From Patescibacteria group bacterium (GTDB lineage: Bacteria; Patescibacteriota; Minisyncoccia; Phycocordibacterales; Phycocordibacteraceae): DNA of 39,161 nucleotides. Both the position numbers and the translations under genes were made by a program. The notes beneath the pieces were generated by a model. That model made no database searches and was not told the DNA's origin. It saw only the letters and a list, made by a program, of their open reading frames with translations. Below are positions 35,586-39,161 of this stretch, in pieces. The DNA lies in contig JAGXBE010000002.1 in assembly GCA_018971265.1 (NCBI GenBank), positions 1 through 39,161 on the forward strand, given 5' to 3'. Position 1 is the first letter of the stretch. The number at the start of each line of letters is the position of its first letter.

Positions 35586-36242
35586 AACAAAGTCCGCAAC
35601 GACGACGAAGCGATCTGTTTTTGCCCCGAAAGAATCGCATGTCGAGAGAGTGAGTACGCGGCCGGCTACCGAAAGCGGAATTGCCGCGTCGTTTGCGCTC
35701 TCTTTCGCGACGGTTCTCACCCGATATGTGTACGCCGTTGTCGGCGAGTACACGGTGACAATATCTCCCGCCACAAGCTTCTGAATACCGTTGAAGGTCT
35801 TGTACGCCTGGTTGCCGACTATCGGCAGATAGCTCGAGTGGCCGAAGAGGACCACGTTGCCCGTCTCGCCGAGCCGTGCGGACGTCGGATACCGCACCGC
35901 ACCGCTAAGGAGCAGGGCATCGAGCGCCTCTACGTTTGTCGTATCCGGATTCGCGATTGCTGCCGAAAGCTGTATTGCAGGAATCGATATTTTCGTCGGC
36001 AATTCAACGCTCACCGCACGCGTCGACGCTCCATTTTGATCTGCAGCGACGAGCGGGCTTGCCGCGAGCGTCACGGTCGAATTGGATGCTGCCGGAACTT
36101 CAGGCACGATGCCAAGCTGCGCGAGCACGAATGCGTTCCCGAAAAATATAACTCCAAAAAGCGAGAGGAAACTCCACTTTTTTGTGTAGGAGCGCATGCC
36201 GGCCCTCACAAGCCGTACGGCAAGATGTATCAATACCTCCAT
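35562..36242 (-). CDS. Sortase-family transpeptidase, membrane anchored
   Basis: It has an N-terminal TM helix (WSFLSLFGVIFFGNAFVLAQL), catalytic His in VVLFGHS, catalytic Cys in LTLSTCD, and a conserved Arg in TDRFVVVA. ATG 36197 is an alternative start. Confidence 0.8.
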   Translation of the reverse strand: MEVLIHLAVRLVRAGMRSYTKKWSFLSLFGVIFFGNAFVLAQLGIVPEVPAASNSTVTLAASPLVAADQNGASTRAVSVELPTKISIPAIQLSAAIANPDTTNVEALDALLLSGAVRYPTSARLGETGNVVLFGHSSYLPIVGNQAYKTFNGIQKLVAGDIVTVYSPTTAYTYRVRTVAKESANDAAIPLSVAGRVLTLSTCDSFGAKTDRFVVVADFVESHSISG

Positions 36243-36255
36243 ATAATCTTTCCAA

Positions 36256-36284
36256 TTAATACACTGCTACGCCATGAATGTCAA
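36256..36284 (-). promoter_or_regulatory. Near-consensus sigma-70 promoter TTGACA-17-TATTAA for the sortase operon
   Basis: The minus strand reads ttgaca (36284-36279), a 17-nt spacer, then tattaa (36261-36256). The predicted +1 is near 36249, 7 nt before ATG 36242. Confidence 0.5.
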
Positions 36285-36295
36285 GTTCTCAAAAC

Positions 36296-36324
36296 TTGAC
36301 ATAAAAACTATAGTATTGTATCTA
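36296..36324 (+). promoter_or_regulatory. Candidate promoter TTGACA-17-TATCTA for the CARDB-like gene
   Basis: ttgaca lies at 36296-36301, followed by a 17-nt spacer and tatcta at 36319-36324. ATG 36335 is 10 nt downstream. An alternative -10, tatagt, lies at 36309-36314. Confidence 0.4.
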
Positions 36325-36334
36325 TACCTTACCT

Positions 36335-37090
36335 ATGGCTATAACCAATATCGACACACCGACCCGCCGTGCGGCAGTATTCGCCCTTGCGACAGTCGGC
36401 TTCGTTACTCTCGTGGCGCTTGGCGTCTCGCTCGCCATCTATTCTGCACGCTATGTTCCAAGCACGGTAGGCGGCATCGGCGCGGCGGCTGTCTCAATAT
36501 CCCAAATATTTGCGCCGGCGCCGGCGCCGGTTCTTACAGTCGTGCCGACCGCTTCTTCGACGACGATTCCTTTCGACAGCGTGGGCTCAACATCCTCGAC
36601 GAGCGAGTCGAAAACGGAAACCGTACCGTCCAAGACGGCAATCGCACCGACCGCCGGCAATAAAACGAGCACGACCTATCAGGTAGGAACCGGCGCGCCG
36701 ACACTCTCCGGCCTGCCCGACCTTATCGTCACCATAAGCTCCGTTGGCTACCTTACATCGACCTCGACTGATTCGTTTGTCGCCGCGACAAGCGTGCCGC
36801 ACGGCGCGAGTCCCGCGGTTAAATTCATCATAAAGAATATCGGGACGAATGTCGCCGGTCCGTGGCGTTTCAGCGCATCGATTCCGACTTCTTCCAATTC
36901 CATCTATCAGTCTCTGCCGCAGCAGAGCCTCAACCCGGGCGATTACATCGAGTACACGCTCGGATTCAGCCAGCCGATAGCCGGAGCGGACAAGATGATC
37001 TCCATCACCGCGAATTTCGACCACGCGGTGTCAGAATCAAACATGAACAACAACAGCGCCTCTGCAGAGGTAACCGTACTCGGATCGTAA
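36335..37090 (+). CDS. Membrane-anchored protein with Ser/Thr-rich stalk and C-terminal CARDB-like domain
   Basis: The TM helix reads AAVFALATVGFVTLVALGVSLAIY. The S/T-rich linker follows. The CARDB-like segment reads PDLIVTISSVG...KNIGTNVAGPWRFSASIP...LNPGDYIEYTLGF...NFDHAVSESNMNNNSASAEVTV. Confidence 0.7.
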   Translation: MAITNIDTPTRRAAVFALATVGFVTLVALGVSLAIYSARYVPSTVGGIGAAAVSISQIFAPAPAPVLTVVPTASSTTIPFDSVGSTSSTSESKTETVPSKTAIAPTAGNKTSTTYQVGTGAPTLSGLPDLIVTISSVGYLTSTSTDSFVAATSVPHGASPAVKFIIKNIGTNVAGPWRFSASIPTSSNSIYQSLPQQSLNPGDYIEYTLGFSQPIAGADKMISITANFDHAVSESNMNNNSASAEVTVLGS

Positions 37091-37099
37091 GGACTGCAG

Positions 37100-39161
37100 T
37101 CACACATCAATCGTCGCGAGTTTTGCGTTCGACTGAATGAATGACTTTCGACTGGCGACATCGGTGCCCATAAGAATGTCGAAAATGCGGTCGGCCGCTT
37201 CGGCATCCTCAACGGTTACCCTCTTCAGCACGCGGCGCGCCGGGTCCATCGTCGTCTCCCAGAGTTCCGATGCGTTCATCTCGCCGAGACCTTTATAGCG
37301 TTGTACGTTCGCCTTTGCCGGCTTTTTTGCCATCGCAGTGTCTTCTTGTTCCGGCGCGTCATCGTCCCCTTCTCCCACTATCGCAACTTCCGTTGGAGCA
37401 ACACCCATCTCTTTGAGCGCCGCTTCTTTTTCAACATCAGAGTAGGCATACGCAATGGCCTTCCCTTTTGAGACCTTATACAGGGGCGGCTGTGCGATAT
37501 AGATAAAACCTCCATCAATTACTGGGCGAAAATGCCGGTAAAAGAGTGTCAGGATGAGTGTGCGGATATGCGCGCCGTCAACGTCGGCATCAGTCGCAAT
37601 AATTATCTTGTGATAACGCAGTTTTGAAATATCGAAGACATCCCCAATAGCCGTACCCATAGCAACCACGAGATTCCGCACCTGTTCTGATGCAAGCATC
37701 TTGTCGATGCGCGCGCGCTCGACATTGAGGATTTTCCCACGCAAAGGCAGCACGGCTTGAGTACGGCGGTCGCGGCCCATCTTCGCCGTGCCTCCGGCCG
37801 AATCTCCCTCCACGATGAAGATCTCGCTTTCTGCGGCGCTCTTTGTTTGGCAGTCGGCGAGCTTCCCGGGAAGGGTCATGCCCTCCAAGGCACCCTTCCT
37901 GAGCACCGAGTCCTTTGCCGCTTTCGCCGCTTTGCGCGCCTTTAGCGCGAGCTGCACCTTGCCCAATATGGCCCGCGCATCGTCCGGATTCTCCTCGAGG
38001 AACGCACCGAATGCTTCAGCGAAAACCGTCGCAACCGCACCCTGCGCTTCGACCGATCCCAGTTTCGCCTTCGTCTGACCTTCGAATTGGATTTCGGGAA
38101 GCTTCACCGAAACGACGGCAGTAATGCCCTCGAGCACATCATCGCCGGTAAAGTTTTCATCCTTTTCCTTGAGAAAGTTCGCGTTTCTGCCGTACGAATT
38201 CAGTGAGCGCGTGAGCGCCGTCTTGAAGCCGGTGATGTGGGTGCCGCCCTCGCTGTTGTAGGTATTGTTCGCAAAAGCGGTGATCCGCGGCGTGATGTCG
38301 TCGACGTATTGGAGCGCGACCTCGACCGCCACGCTGTCCTGCTCGCGATCAATATAAAAAATATTCTTGTGCACCGGTGTCTGGTGCTTGTTATAGAACG
38401 CGACGAGCGATTTCAAACCGCCCTCGAAATAGAACGTCATTGAAGGGGCGTCGAGGGAGAGTTCGCGCAGATAGAAGCATCCTCCATCGGCGACTTCGGA
38501 AAGCTCCCGGGCGTCGATGACCGTGATGCGCACGCCTTTCACGAGGTAGGCCTGCTGGCGCAGATGCGTCACGATTTTTTCCCAGTTCCACTCGACGCCT
38601 TCTTTGAAGATGGCCGCGTCGGGTTTGAAGAGGACGACGGTGCCATGTTCCTTCGTCGTACCGGTTTTCTTAACCCTGGCGAGCGGTTTGCCTATCTTGT
38701 ATTCCTGCACATGCGTGCCGCCGTCTTGGTGCACAGTAACCTTCGTGTGCTCCGAAAGCGCGTTCACCACGGAGGCACCCACTCCGTGGAGACCGCCCGA
38801 CACTTTGTAGCCCGATTCCGGGCCGCCGAATTTTCCGCCGGCATGGAGCGTGGTCATGATGGTCTCGAGTGCGGAGACTTTTGTTTTAGGGTGGATGCCC
38901 ACAGGGACGCCGCGCCCGTTGTCCACCACCCGTACGTATCCGCCCGGCAAAAGCGCGACTTCGATATCGTTCGCGTAGCCGCCCATCGCCTCGTCGCGGG
39001 CATTGTCAAAAATCTCCCAGATGAGGTGGTGGAGGCCGTCGGGGCCGGTGGTCCCGATATACATGCCCGGGCGCTTCCGCACTGGCTCGAGCCCTTCGAG
39101 AACCGTAATAGAGGCCGCATCGTATGCATGCCCCGCGGCGCCCTTGGCGCCGCGCTTCTCC
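37100..39161 (-). CDS. gyrB: DNA gyrase subunit B, 5' end beyond the window
   Basis: The frame stays open to nt 39161 (...YDAASITVLEGLEPVRKRPGMYIG). Motifs: GLHHLIWEIFDNARDE, EGDSAGG (TOPRIM), PLRGKILNVE, IATDADVDGAHI, QRYKGLGEM. A ~30-aa acidic insertion (GEGDDDAPEQEDT) lies near 37310-37410. Confidence 0.95.
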   Translation of the reverse strand, partial: EKRGAKGAAGHAYDAASITVLEGLEPVRKRPGMYIGTTGPDGLHHLIWEIFDNARDEAMGGYANDIEVALLPGGYVRVVDNGRGVPVGIHPKTKVSALETIMTTLHAGGKFGGPESGYKVSGGLHGVGASVVNALSEHTKVTVHQDGGTHVQEYKIGKPLARVKKTGTTKEHGTVVLFKPDAAIFKEGVEWNWEKIVTHLRQQAYLVKGVRITVIDARELSEVADGGCFYLRELSLDAPSMTFYFEGGLKSLVAFYNKHQTPVHKNIFYIDREQDSVAVEVALQYVDDITPRITAFANNTYNSEGGTHITGFKTALTRSLNSYGRNANFLKEKDENFTGDDVLEGITAVVSVKLPEIQFEGQTKAKLGSVEAQGAVATVFAEAFGAFLEENPDDARAILGKVQLALKARKAAKAAKDSVLRKGALEGMTLPGKLADCQTKSAAESEIFIVEGDSAGGTAKMGRDRRTQAVLPLRGKILNVERARIDKMLASEQVRNLVVAMGTAIGDVFDISKLRYHKIIIATDADVDGAHIRTLILTLFYRHFRPVIDGGFIYIAQPPLYKVSKGKAIAYAYSDVEKEAALKEMGVAPTEVAIVGEGDDDAPEQEDTAMAKKPAKANVQRYKGLGEMNASELWETTMDPARRVLKRVTVEDAEAADRIFDILMGTDVASRKSFIQSNAKLATIDV

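Noticed and set aside
35493-36299. 268-aa plus-strand ORF covering the sortase locus
   Set aside because: It is antisense to an ORF with the sortase His/Cys/Arg triad and a TM anchor. The translation is Arg/Cys-rich noise, and it would run through the promoter region.

Overview
This is a dense, GC-rich bacterial chromosome segment (about 60% G+C from hand counts of sample lines). I call 28 protein-coding genes and find no rRNA, tRNA, CRISPR array or recognisable mobile element. About 30 kb is core information processing. It starts with prmC (5' end cut by the window), hisS, a DEDDy exonuclease, a DsbA-like oxidoreductase and a UvrD-type helicase fused to a PD-(D/E)XK nuclease. A long minus-strand run follows: rpsP, a KH protein, trmD, rpoB, rpoC, dnaG, rpoD. 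Next come rnr and a second minus-strand run: rnhB, a small Cys ORF, rpmF, a nusB::Nudix fusion, rnc, a short smc and a small ORF. The window ends with dnaE-thrS and gyrB (5' end beyond the window). The only accessory-looking block is 31.4-37.1 kb. It holds a sortase, a 426-aa membrane-anchored protein with an unknown Cys/Trp-rich ectodomain, a CARDB-like protein and an 887-aa surface protein. The 887-aa protein has five Cys-bracketed Ig-like repeats and an IPYTG+TM sorting-like signal that is internal, followed by a ~240-aa cytoplasmic domain. This block is my best candidate for an undescribed system (a sortase-processed surface or signalling module). Other items worth a second look: (1) a recurrent TGnTAnnnT extended -10 box 6-9 nt upstream of several start codons, often just after a terminator hairpin, which suggests leaderless transcription units; (2) three long perfect inverted repeats (18, 18 and 21 bp arms) at gene junctions, one centred exactly on the sortase stop codon; (3) a ThrRS with no N-terminal TGS/editing domains and visibly lower GC than its neighbours; (4) a ~740-aa SMC with no recognisable hinge; (5) a NusB-Nudix fusion with a degenerate Nudix box; (6) C-terminal extensions on bS16 and bL32. 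The compact proteins and gene order resemble reduced-genome uncultivated lineages such as Patescibacteria/CPR, but I cannot confirm that without a database search. All functional calls rest on motifs I recognise in the translations. No search or computation was run.
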